DNA of 64,000 nt. Source: an uncultured Porphyromonadaceae bacterium (GTDB taxonomy: Bacteria; Bacteroidota; Bacteroidia; Bacteroidales; Muribaculaceae). The translations under genes were made by a program, and so were the position numbers. Below, in pieces: positions 24,237 through 33,319 of this stretch; the first letter of the stretch is position 1; each line of letters begins with the position of its first letter. The stretch is from contig CAMHQD010000007.1 of assembly GCA_946187345.1 (NCBI GenBank), positions 9,514 to 73,513 of the forward strand, read 5' to 3'. Below the pieces are notes generated by a model. It was not told the DNA's origin, searched no databases, and was given only the letters and a program-made list of their open reading frames with translations.

Positions 24237-24557
24237 TTACATGAAGCCCATTTCGAGTTTTGCCTCCTCGCTCATCATATCGGGGTTCCATTCCGGTTCC
24301 CAGACGAGGTTGACATCGACGGCCGTGACGCCGTCGATAGAGGCGACCTTGACGCGGACGTCCTCGAGAATAAAGTCGGCCATCGGGCATGTCGGGGCGG
24401 TGAATGTCATGTCGATGGCCACAGCGCCGTCGTCGGTGACCTCGATGCGGTAAATCAGTCCCATATCATAGACGTTGACGGGCATCTCGGGGTCATAGAC
24501 TGTCTTGAGCATAGCCACGGTTTGCTCCTCTATATTAAGTTTTTCTTCGTTTGTCAT
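24237..24557 (-). CDS. DUF59 / SufT-like Fe-S cluster assembly protein
   Basis: 106 aa. VYDPEMPVNVYDMGLIY ... TFTAPTCPMADF is the conserved DUF59 (MIP18/PaaD-like) signature including the Cys. Confidence 0.8.
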   Translation of the reverse strand: MTNEEKLNIEEQTVAMLKTVYDPEMPVNVYDMGLIYRIEVTDDGAVAIDMTFTAPTCPMADFILEDVRVKVASIDGVTAVDVNLVWEPEWNPDMMSEEAKLEMGFM

Positions 24558-24606
24558 TAAAAATGCGAATTTTGCGAATAATGCGAATTGTGCTAATTAT
24601 CGGGTG

Positions 24607-24614
24607 CAAAGGTA
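24607..24614 (-). promoter_or_regulatory. Candidate -7 promoter box (TACCTTTG)
   Basis: The reverse complement of caaaggta matches TAnnTTTG, about 50 nt upstream of the start at 24557. Confidence 0.45.
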
Positions 24615-24765
24615 CAAAAAAAACGGGAGAATACGAGATTTCGTCTCGCAATGCGCAACTTTTAATTTTAGTGTATAATCATACTGAGATGTGAATTTTT
24701 AAGAAATCTGAGTGCGAAATTTCATTTTTAACACAAAAAGTTGCGCGTTTTATTGAAATTTTTAC

Positions 24766-24773
24766 TACTTTTG
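24766..24773 (+). promoter_or_regulatory. Candidate -7 promoter box (TACTTTTG) for the SusC/D locus
   Basis: Matches TAnnTTTG in the AT-rich divergent intergenic region. It would give a leader of about 240 nt before susC. Confidence 0.35.
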
Positions 24774-25019
24774 CACACTGATTGTGGAAACGACATTAAG
24801 AAACTGCTGAGTCATCCACCATAACTAATGCATGATTAAGCCATTGTGTCGCCATCTGCCGCGGCTCCGTGCCGTGTGTCGCAGCCGGTGGTGTGCAATG
24901 CTGATTTTGCTGAATAGCAGCGAGGTGTGTGGCTCTGAAGTTTCAACTGTCAGTTCCGCGACGGATATTAGTTCAGTTGAAATTTTATTCAATAATCATA
25001 GTAAAAATTATCAGTGCTT

Positions 25020-28000
25020 ATGAGATTTCAAAAGTTACTAATGCTATTGGTCGCCTTGGTGGTGGCGCTTGGCGCCGCCGCCCAGATCAAGGTTACCGGC
25101 GTCGTGCTTGACGACACCAAGGAACCTGTCATTGGCGCGACCGTCAAGCAAAAGGACAAGCCCACCAATGGCGTGATGACCGACATTGACGGGCACTTCA
25201 CCATCACGGTGCCGGCCAAGTCCAAACTGGTCATCACCATGGTGGGAACAAAAACTCAAGAAGTAGCCGCCACCACCGAGCCTTTGACTATCACATTGGA
25301 GACGGAGGGCGAGCTCATCGATGAGATTGTTGTCACCGGTTACCAGAACGTTGACAAGCGTCTGTTCACCGGTGCCACGAGCACCATCAGCGCCGACAAG
25401 GCCAAACTCTCGGGTGTGGCCGACGTGAGCCGCGGCCTTGAGGGTCGCGCGGCCGGCGTGAGCGTGCAGAACGTGAGCGGTACCTTCGGTACGGCTCCCA
25501 AGATTCGCGTGCGCGGCGCCACATCAATCTACGGTAACTCGCGTCCCCTTTGGGTTGTGGACGGCGTTATTCTCGAGGACAACGTCGAGATCAGTGCCGA
25601 CGACCTCAGTTCGGGTGATGCCACCACGCTGATCGCCAGTGCTGTGGCCGGCCTGAATGCCGACGACATCGAGAACTTCCAGATTCTTAAGGACGGCTCG
25701 GCAACCAGTATATATGGTGCCAAGGCTAACGCCGGCGTTATCGTTATCACCACCAAGCAAGGTCGCAAGGGTCACTCCCAAATTAATTATACAGGCGAGT
25801 TCACCTACCGCTTCAAACCCCGCTACAGCGAGTTCAACATCTGTAACTCACAAGAGCAGATGGGTATCTACAAGGAGATGGAGCAGAAGGGCTGGCTCGA
25901 GTTCGCCAGCCTGGCCAACGGCTCGGAGACGGGTATCTACGGACACATGTACAACCTGATGGACACCTACGATCCCGCCACTGGCAAGTATGGCCTCGAG
26001 AACACGACCGCCGCCAAGAACGCTTACCTGCGTGAGGCCGAGATGCGCAACACTGACTGGTTTGACCTGTTGTTCAACAACAACATCATGCAGAACCACG
26101 CCGTGAGCATCAGTGGCGGTACGGACCGCGGTCAGTTCTACACCTCGGTGTCGCTGATGAACGACCCGGGATGGTACAAGAGCAGCCGTGTGGAACGCTA
26201 CACCTTTAACGCCAACGCGTCTTATCAACTCACCGACAAGATTAAGGTGAAGATTCTCAACAGCGACAGTTACCGCAAGCAGAAGGCTCCAGGCACGCTC
26301 TCGCAGGACGTTGACCCTGTCTACGGCGAGGTGCGCCGCGACTTCGACATCAACCCGTACAGTTACGCGTTGAACACGAGCCGCACGCTCGACCCGAATC
26401 AGTACTACCGCCGCAACTACACTGACTTCAACATCTTCCATGAGTTGGAGAACAACTATATCGACATCGACGTGCTTGACCTCAAGTTCCAGGGTGAGTT
26501 GCAGATCAAGCCCATCAGCAACGCGGTGCAGTCGTTGGAGTTCAACTTCCTGGGCAGTTACCGCTACAGTTCGGCCGACCGCAACCACTATGTGCTCGAC
26601 AACAGCAACCAGGCCAAGGCCTACCGCGCCGGTATCGATCCTGAGGACGCGTTGATTCGCTCGGGCAACACCTATTTATATACTGACATTGATGATCCCA
26701 ACTCGCTGCCGGTGAGTGTTGTGCCCAAGGGCGGTTTCCTGTTCTCCAGCCGCAACACGTTGTCACAGTATGACTTCCGTGCCACCGGCCAGTATCGTCG
26801 TTCGATTGGCGACGATCACGTGATTAATATTTTCGCCGGCTTGGAATCGACGCGCATCAACCGCAAGTCACAGTCGTTCAACAGCATCGGTGTTGTCTAC
26901 GAGAACGGTATGCTGCCGTTCATCGACTGGAAGTACTTCAAGCAACTCCAGGAGGAGAATGGTTCCTACTATAGCATCAGCGAGACGCGCCGCCGCAGTA
27001 TGGCTTACTTCGCCAACGCCAACTATGCCCTAATGGGCCGCTATATCTTGAATGGAACGTTCCGTTACGAGGGCAGCAACCTGATGGGCAAGACGAGCCA
27101 GAGCCGCTGGCTGCCCACGTGGAACGTGTCGGCCGGTTGGAACTTGAGCGACGAGCCGTTCTTCCAGAAGAGTGGTATGTATGAGAAGGGCATCTGGAGT
27201 TATGCCAAGATTCGTGCCAGTTATTCGCTCACCGGCGAGAGTGGCCCGATGGGCTATGCCAACGCCGAGGCGCTTTATTATCCCAACCGCCCGTGGCGCC
27301 AGGAGACTGACGCGATGGAGATGGGTCTGACCCTCGACGGCCTTGCCAACAGTGAGTTGACCTATGAGAAGAAGCACGAACTTGACATCGGTGTCGACCT
27401 CGGTTTCTACCACAACCGCATCAACCTCGAGTTTGACTGGTACAAGCGTAACAACTACGACCTGATTGGCCGCATCTACACCCAGGGCGTGGGTGGTGTG
27501 ACCAGCAAGTTCGCTAACGTTGCCGAGATGGCCTCCCACGGTGTGGAGTTCACCTTGAGCACCAAGAACATCGAGGCCATCAAGCCGGGCGACTTCTCGT
27601 GGAGCACCGACCTCACGTTCGCCTTCGCCAAGAACAAGATTACCAAACTCGTGTCGCGTTCGCGCGTCATCGACCTCGTGCCGGGCACCGGTTTCCCGCT
27701 GGAGGGTTATCCAGTGCGCGCCATCTTCTCGATCCCGTTTGTCGGTCTGGACGCCTATGGTATCCCCCAGATCATCAACGAGGAGGGTGAGGTCACCACG
27801 AGCAACATCAACTTCCAGGAGTATGACAAACTCGGCTTCCTCAAGTATGAGGGTCCGGTTGACCCGCTCTACACCGGCGGCTTCAACAACGCCTTCTCGT
27901 TCAAGGGCTTCCATCTGAACGTGTTCTTGACCTACTCGTTCGGCAACAAGTTGCGTCTGTCGCCCGACTTCGCCCGTGCCTACAGCGACCTGGCCGCTAT

Positions 28001-28379
28001 GCCCAAGGAGTTCAAGAACCGCTGGGTGCTGCCAGGTGACGAGAAGTACACCGACATTCCCGTGATCGCCTCGCGCCGTCAGGCCTACGACGACATCTAC
28101 CTGTCGCGCGCCTATAACGCCTACAATTATAGTACGGCCCGCATCGCCGACGGCGGCTTTATCCGCCTCAAGGAGATCGCGCTCACCTATGAGTTGCCGC
28201 AGTCGTTCATCAAGCACCTCCGGCTCACCAACGCCTCGGTGAAGGTTGCCGCCACCAACGTGTGCCTGATCTACAGCGACAAGAAACTCAACGGCCAGGA
28301 TCCGGAGTTCTTCAACAGCGGTGGTGTGGCCAGCCCCACTCCGCGTCAGATCACGTTCACGCTGCGCTTCGGCCTCTAA
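25020..28379 (+). CDS. SusC/RagA family TonB-linked outer-membrane protein
   Basis: I used the ATG at 25020 (MRFQKLLMLLVALVVALGAAAQ); the track starts at a GTG two codons upstream. It has a CarboxypepD_reg-like N-domain (IKVTGVVLDDTKEPVIGATV), a plug (ILKDGSATSIYGAKANAGVIVITTKQG) and a barrel ending FTLRFGL. Confidence 0.9.
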   Translation: MRFQKLLMLLVALVVALGAAAQIKVTGVVLDDTKEPVIGATVKQKDKPTNGVMTDIDGHFTITVPAKSKLVITMVGTKTQEVAATTEPLTITLETEGELIDEIVVTGYQNVDKRLFTGATSTISADKAKLSGVADVSRGLEGRAAGVSVQNVSGTFGTAPKIRVRGATSIYGNSRPLWVVDGVILEDNVEISADDLSSGDATTLIASAVAGLNADDIENFQILKDGSATSIYGAKANAGVIVITTKQGRKGHSQINYTGEFTYRFKPRYSEFNICNSQEQMGIYKEMEQKGWLEFASLANGSETGIYGHMYNLMDTYDPATGKYGLENTTAAKNAYLREAEMRNTDWFDLLFNNNIMQNHAVSISGGTDRGQFYTSVSLMNDPGWYKSSRVERYTFNANASYQLTDKIKVKILNSDSYRKQKAPGTLSQDVDPVYGEVRRDFDINPYSYALNTSRTLDPNQYYRRNYTDFNIFHELENNYIDIDVLDLKFQGELQIKPISNAVQSLEFNFLGSYRYSSADRNHYVLDNSNQAKAYRAGIDPEDALIRSGNTYLYTDIDDPNSLPVSVVPKGGFLFSSRNTLSQYDFRATGQYRRSIGDDHVINIFAGLESTRINRKSQSFNSIGVVYENGMLPFIDWKYFKQLQEENGSYYSISETRRRSMAYFANANYALMGRYILNGTFRYEGSNLMGKTSQSRWLPTWNVSAGWNLSDEPFFQKSGMYEKGIWSYAKIRASYSLTGESGPMGYANAEALYYPNRPWRQETDAMEMGLTLDGLANSELTYEKKHELDIGVDLGFYHNRINLEFDWYKRNNYDLIGRIYTQGVGGVTSKFANVAEMASHGVEFTLSTKNIEAIKPGDFSWSTDLTFAFAKNKITKLVSRSRVIDLVPGTGFPLEGYPVRAIFSIPFVGLDAYGIPQIINEEGEVTTSNINFQEYDKLGFLKYEGPVDPLYTGGFNNAFSFKGFHLNVFLTYSFGNKLRLSPDFARAYSDLAAMPKEFKNRWVLPGDEKYTDIPVIASRRQAYDDIYLSRAYNAYNYSTARIADGGFIRLKEIALTYELPQSFIKHLRLTNASVKVAATNVCLIYSDKKLNGQDPEFFNSGGVASPTPRQITFTLRFGL

Positions 28380-28387
28380 GATATAAA

Positions 28388-28455
28388 AGGTTTACCGTCG
28401 ACCGTTCTCCGTTTACCGAAACGTAAACGCAACGGTCAACGGTAAACGGGAAACT
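28388..28455. repeat. TTTACCG-hairpin family, full copy in the susC-susD spacer
   Basis: aggtttaccgtcgaccgttctccgtttaccgaaacgtaaacgcaacggtcaacggtaaacgggaaac fills most of the 99-nt susC-susD intergenic gap. Confidence 0.8.
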
Positions 28456-28478
28456 ATAATAATCAGTCAAGAACAATC

Positions 28479-30218
28479 ATGATACAGATTAAGTCAAAAT
28501 ATATCGCAGCGGCCGCCGCATTGTGCCTGTTGTCGCTGGGCTCCTGCAAGGACTTCCTCGAGGCCGTGCCCGACACGCGCGTGGAGATCAAGAGTGTGGA
28601 GCAGATGCGCGAGCTGCTTGTCGACGGATATATGCAGTACGGCTACGCCGCCGTGTGTGAACTCTCGACCGACAATGTGGTTGACAACAACAGCACCGAG
28701 ACCGGTTTTATCCGTTACAACCGTGCCTCCTATAGCGCCACCGACGAGGAACTCTACCGCTGGCAGGATGTCAAGTTGGGTATGGGCAGCGACACGCCGT
28801 CGGGCGTGTGGGAAGGCTGCTACCACGCCATCGCTGTGGCAAACGCCGTGCTTGAGCGCATCAACGAGATGGAGCAGAACGGCGAGGCCGCCGCGCTGAG
28901 CTCCTCCGACAAGGACAAGTTCCGCGCCGTCAAGGGTGAGGCGTTGCTTATCCGCGCCTATCACCACTTCATCCTGGCCCAGGTGTTCTGTATGCCCTAT
29001 CGTGGCGAGAACCTGAGCAACAACGACCCGGGCGTGCCCTACATGACCGCGCCCGAGACCACCGTCAAGCCAAACTATGATCGTGGCACAGTGACCAATG
29101 TCTATAAGAACATTGAGAAGGACTTGACCGAAGGTCTGCCGCTGATTAACGACGGCCTCTACGAGGTGCCCAAGTATCACTTCAACAAGGCTGCCGCCAA
29201 CGCCTTTGCCGCGCGCTTCTATCTGATTATGCGTGACTATCCCAAGGTGGTGGACTATGCCACGGCCGCCTTTAACGGCAACGACCCGATGCAGATGGTG
29301 AGCACCCTGTGGGGCAACACCGGCTCGCTCTACTACATCAGCGACCTGGGCCGTTACTACACCGCGACGGCTCGCTCCAACGTGATGATGTGCATCTCGG
29401 CCTACAGCACGTGGTGGCGCCGCTTCGTCAGCAGCGGCCGCTACGCCACCAACCGCAAGGCCAAGCGCGCCACCATCGAGGGCCCGGGCGTGACCTGGGA
29501 GAACTGCCGCTGGAAGCGCAGTTCAACCAACGAGACGTTCTCGATGCACCCCTGCTTCAACGGCGTGTGTGGCACGGCCGGCGGGCAGGAGTACGGCACC
29601 TACTTTGCCGGTAACTGCTCCGAGCAGTTTGAGTACACCGACAAGATTCAGGGCATCGGCTACTGCCACATGGTGCGCAGCGAGTTCACCACCGAGACCG
29701 TGCTGCTCGACCGCGCCGAGGCCAAGGCCTTCATGGGCGACCTCGAGGGCTGCGTGGCCGACCTCAAGATTTGGGACGAGGCCCGCAAAATCGGTGTGTC
29801 CAGCACGAGCAGCATGATTCCGATGACCGGTGCCGCCATCGAGCGCTTCTACGCCAAGGACACCGAGAACTTCGGCATCGTCAAGCCGCTGCACATCGAC
29901 GAGGTCTTCCCCGGCGCGGCCTATACGCTCACCGAGGCCAACACCCCCTACGTGCAGGCCTGCCAGCACCTGCGCCGCGTGGAGACCGTCCACACCGGCC
30001 AACGCTGGTTTGACATCAAGCGCTTCGGCCTCGAGGTGGGACACGCCTACGGCCGCAGCGTCACCGACACCGACACCCTGCGCACTCTCGACCCGCGCTA
30101 CGCCATCCAAATCCCCTACGAGGTGGTGGCCGCCGGTATGGAGCCCTCGCCCCGCTTGACTACGCCGGTGGCCAACGCCACCGTCTCGCGCGGCGATGTG
30201 GTGTGCATCTCGAAGTGA
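28479..30218 (+). CDS. SusD/RagB family nutrient-binding lipoprotein
   Basis: 579 aa with lipobox LSLGSC followed by KDFLEAVPDTRV (the typical SusD N-terminus). It is TPR-like and helix-rich and lies immediately after susC. Confidence 0.85.
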   Translation: MIQIKSKYIAAAAALCLLSLGSCKDFLEAVPDTRVEIKSVEQMRELLVDGYMQYGYAAVCELSTDNVVDNNSTETGFIRYNRASYSATDEELYRWQDVKLGMGSDTPSGVWEGCYHAIAVANAVLERINEMEQNGEAAALSSSDKDKFRAVKGEALLIRAYHHFILAQVFCMPYRGENLSNNDPGVPYMTAPETTVKPNYDRGTVTNVYKNIEKDLTEGLPLINDGLYEVPKYHFNKAAANAFAARFYLIMRDYPKVVDYATAAFNGNDPMQMVSTLWGNTGSLYYISDLGRYYTATARSNVMMCISAYSTWWRRFVSSGRYATNRKAKRATIEGPGVTWENCRWKRSSTNETFSMHPCFNGVCGTAGGQEYGTYFAGNCSEQFEYTDKIQGIGYCHMVRSEFTTETVLLDRAEAKAFMGDLEGCVADLKIWDEARKIGVSSTSSMIPMTGAAIERFYAKDTENFGIVKPLHIDEVFPGAAYTLTEANTPYVQACQHLRRVETVHTGQRWFDIKRFGLEVGHAYGRSVTDTDTLRTLDPRYAIQIPYEVVAAGMEPSPRLTTPVANATVSRGDVVCISK

Positions 30219-30275
30219 TAGAGGATTGCTTATTCGCAAAATTCGCATTAATTCGCAAAATTCGCATTTCATATT

Positions 30276-31412
30276 ATGAAGGCATTCAAGATATTTGTTA
30301 GCGCCCTCGCCCTCGCGGGTTTGATGGGCATGGGGCTGACCTCCTGCAAGGAGGATAAACTGGGCCCGACGATCTTCCCCGATGAGGAGGATGTGCTCGA
30401 CCCCAACTCCTACACCTATAAACTCGACAAGTTCCTCAAGGAGAACTACCTGCAGGTGTACAACCTCGACTTCCGTTACAAGATGCAGGACGTGGGCACC
30501 GACATGGACTACAACCTCGTGCCGGCCACCTACGAGAACTCGATTGATATGGCTGTGCTCACCAAGCACTTGTGGTTTGATGTCTATAAGGACATTGTCA
30601 ACCCGGAGTTCCTCAAGCAGTACGGCCCCCGCATCATCCACCTCATCGGCTCGCCTGCCTATAACGCCAATAGCGGCTCGATGGTGCTCGGTCTCGCCGA
30701 GGGCGGCCTCAAGGTCTCGCTGTTCCGCGTCAACGCGATGAACATCAACGACTTTGACCAGATGAACGAGTTCTATTTCAAGACGATGCACCACGAGTTC
30801 TGCCACATCTTGCACCAGACCAAGAGTTATCCGGTGGAGTTCAACACCATCAGCACCGGTCACTATGACGGCAGCAACTGGCAGGATCGCCAGGAGGGTG
30901 TGGTCGCCTCGCTGGGCTTTGTCACCACCTACGCCAGCAGCGCCTATCGTGAGGACTTCGCCGAGGTGATGGCCAACTTCATCGTCAAGACCGACGCACA
31001 GTGGAACCGCATCCTTGAACTCGCCGCCCGCGGCTGGGAGTCGCCCAGCAGCGCCGACGACCCCAACGCCTACTACTATTGCTATTATTACTATAAGGAT
31101 AACGTTGCCGGAGACGAGAACAAGGCTTACGCCCAAGAGTCTCAGGTGGCGACCGTCGAGGAAGATGGAGTGACGCACTACTATCTGGGTAGCCAGCGCG
31201 ACAAGAATGGCAACCGCATCGTGGTCTATCCTGTCGAGGACAAGGACGGCATCGACGGCGTGGCCGCCATCAACCAGAAGGTGGAGATCATGCGCAACTG
31301 GCTCAAGAACGAGTGGGGCGTTGACCTTGATGCCCTCCGCGCCGAGGTGCAGAAGCGCCAAGTGAGTTACGACATCGAGGAACTGCGCAAGTGGGTCACC
31401 GAGATTGAGTAA
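30276..31412 (+). CDS. Substrate-import-associated zinc metallohydrolase lipoprotein (putative)
   Basis: Lipobox (GLTSC) and the HEFCHILHQ (HExxH) zinc site. This gene type typically follows SusC/SusD pairs in Bacteroidota. Confidence 0.75.
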   Translation: MKAFKIFVSALALAGLMGMGLTSCKEDKLGPTIFPDEEDVLDPNSYTYKLDKFLKENYLQVYNLDFRYKMQDVGTDMDYNLVPATYENSIDMAVLTKHLWFDVYKDIVNPEFLKQYGPRIIHLIGSPAYNANSGSMVLGLAEGGLKVSLFRVNAMNINDFDQMNEFYFKTMHHEFCHILHQTKSYPVEFNTISTGHYDGSNWQDRQEGVVASLGFVTTYASSAYREDFAEVMANFIVKTDAQWNRILELAARGWESPSSADDPNAYYYCYYYYKDNVAGDENKAYAQESQVATVEEDGVTHYYLGSQRDKNGNRIVVYPVEDKDGIDGVAAINQKVEIMRNWLKNEWGVDLDALRAEVQKRQVSYDIEELRKWVTEIE

Positions 31413-31422
31413 TAAAATAAAA

Positions 31423-31616
31423 GGTTTACCGTTGACCGTTTACCGTTGACCGAAACGTAAACGCAACGGTCAACGGTCAACGATAAACTTCTAACACCGT
31501 TTAACGTTACCGAAACGTAAACGCAACGGTCAACGGTCAACGGTAAACTTCTAACATCGTTTAACGTTACCGAAACGTAAACGCAACGGTCAACGGTCAA
31601 CGGTAAACGGTAAACT
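31423..31616. repeat. Three tandem copies (60-bp period) of the TTTACCG-hairpin element
   Basis: ...taccgaaacgtaaacgcaacggtcaacggtcaacgRtaaac occurs three times (31441-31500, 31501-31560, 31561-31616). The array ends 18 nt before the ATG at 31634. Confidence 0.9.
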
Positions 31617-31633
31617 TTTCACAAACTAAGACA

Positions 31634-33097
31634 ATGAAGAAGTTATTCAACATAATGATGCTCGTGGCTGTCACCGCCACCGCAGCCCTCACCTCTTGCA
31701 AGAACGAGGTGGACGACATCTTTGACAAGAGTGCCGCCGAGCGCCTCACCGAGGGTCAGGAGTACTTCACCAACATCCTCTCGGACAAGGGTGGCAAGTG
31801 GCAGATGGAGTATTTCGCCAACGCCAACGAGCCGGGCTACGTCTATGTGGTCACCTTCAACAAGGACGGCTCGGTGAAGATGGCCGGCAACAACCTCTAC
31901 ATCGCCCGCCTGACCAACGCCTCGGCAATGGCACCGGCCTACGGCGACCAAACCTCACTCTGGGACGTGATTACCGATAACGGCCTCACGCTCACTTTTA
32001 ACAGTTACAACCGCGTGTTCCACTTGTTCTCCACACCCGAGGATCTCTCCGACACCGAGGCCAGCGAGACCGGTGTGGGTCACGAGGGCGACTATGAGTT
32101 CAACCTGATGAAGTACAGCAACGACACGCTCTACCTCACCGGCAAGAAGCGCCACATCGACATCATCATGACGCGCCTCTCGCCCGAGGTTGACGACCGC
32201 GCCTATCTCGACGAGGTGAACGCCCTGCCGGCGAAGTACTTCAACGCGCTCATCCCCGACGTGTATATCACGTTGCCCAACGGCGCCCGCTACCAGACCG
32301 CCTACGGCTCGACGCTCATCGTGAGTATGGCTCCGGAGGCCAACGAGACGCGCACCAAGGACCAGGACGCCGACTGGATCAGTTACGTTGAGAAGCACAA
32401 CGCCATCATCACTCCCGGCGGACTGCGCTTTATGGAGCCGATTACGCTCTACGGCACCTACGAGGCCCGTCAGCGCTATGAGGCCTACTGGAAAGAGAAC
32501 CCCGAGGCCACCAGCGAGCCGGACATCCCCAACGTATATAAGGTGCAGACGTTCGACCTCCAGGAGGACGGCTCCCTGCTGTGCCGTGAGGACGGCGTGT
32601 CGCGCATCGCGGCCGACGACCTGGGCAAGGTGTTTGCCAGTTACAAGATCAAGTGGCGTGTGAACATGACGTCCGGCCAGGGCGAACTGGCCGAGGCCAT
32701 CTCGAACTTTGTCAGCGCTATGGCGGCGCGCGACGGCAGCACGGTGCAGACGCTCGACTTCCTGGTGTACCGCACCACGCGTGACCCGGCAACCGGCGAT
32801 GTGATCGACAGCCAGTATATGATGGAGGCGACAGTGCGTCGTCGTCGTGGAGGCTCGTTCAAGATGGACTTCTACTATAAGCCCGAGGTGAAAGCCGATG
32901 GCACGGTGAAACTCGTCTTTGACGGCACCTACAATGCCAACGCCACCTCATACGTGGCCAATGTGCCGGCGGTGCAGGCCCTGGTTGACGTCATCGGCGG
33001 CGCGACGTTCACCGTCACCTCAACCTCGCGTTTGGCTCCGGTTAATATCACTCTCACCTCCGGCGAGGGCAATTATATTGAGGCTTCCGCATTCTGA
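31634..33097 (+). CDS. Lipoprotein, DUF4302-like (PUL accessory)
   Basis: 487 aa with lipobox LTSC. Its position after the zinc metallohydrolase matches the recurrent SusC/SusD/metallohydrolase/DUF4302 arrangement. The family call rests on context and was not searched. Confidence 0.55.
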   Translation: MKKLFNIMMLVAVTATAALTSCKNEVDDIFDKSAAERLTEGQEYFTNILSDKGGKWQMEYFANANEPGYVYVVTFNKDGSVKMAGNNLYIARLTNASAMAPAYGDQTSLWDVITDNGLTLTFNSYNRVFHLFSTPEDLSDTEASETGVGHEGDYEFNLMKYSNDTLYLTGKKRHIDIIMTRLSPEVDDRAYLDEVNALPAKYFNALIPDVYITLPNGARYQTAYGSTLIVSMAPEANETRTKDQDADWISYVEKHNAIITPGGLRFMEPITLYGTYEARQRYEAYWKENPEATSEPDIPNVYKVQTFDLQEDGSLLCREDGVSRIAADDLGKVFASYKIKWRVNMTSGQGELAEAISNFVSAMAARDGSTVQTLDFLVYRTTRDPATGDVIDSQYMMEATVRRRRGGSFKMDFYYKPEVKADGTVKLVFDGTYNANATSYVANVPAVQALVDVIGGATFTVTSTSRLAPVNITLTSGEGNYIEASAF

Positions 33098-33100
33098 TCA

Positions 33101-33281
33101 GGTTGAGAGGTTTAGCGTTGAGAGGTTTAGCGTTGAGAGGTTGAGCCATTTGCTGACGCAAATGGGAATAAATGTAGGGCCTGGCCGCAATCAGCGACAA
33201 AACTATTATCCCCGAGCGCGTCAGCGCGAGGCTCAACCCCTCAACCCTCAACCCTCAACCCCTCTACCCCTCCAACCCTCA
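33101..33281. repeat. Palindromic intergenic element (family 3) with heptamer/15-mer arms
   Basis: (gagaggtttagcgtt)x2 gagaggttgagccatttgctgacgcaaatggg ... cccgagcgcgtcagcgcgaggctcaacc (cctcaac)n. It is homologous to 48683..48813. Confidence 0.8.
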
Positions 33282-33319
33282 GTGAAATCAACATTTTATT
33301 AACCATAATTGAGTTTTTT

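Noticed and set aside
24649-24752. Invertible promoter upstream of susC (11-bp inverted repeat gcgcaactttt / aaaagttgcgc flanking about 70 bp).
   Set aside because: The segment is much shorter than known Bacteroides invertible promoters. The inverted repeat is short, no TAnnTTTG box lies inside it in either orientation, and no invertase gene is nearby. It is more likely a simple hairpin in AT-rich DNA.
31423-31616. Possible CRISPR array, given regular 60-bp spaced repeats.
   Set aside because: There are only three units. The spacer parts are themselves repeated (they are the other arm of the hairpin). No cas genes are present, and the same element occurs singly elsewhere. It is a tandem REP-like hairpin.
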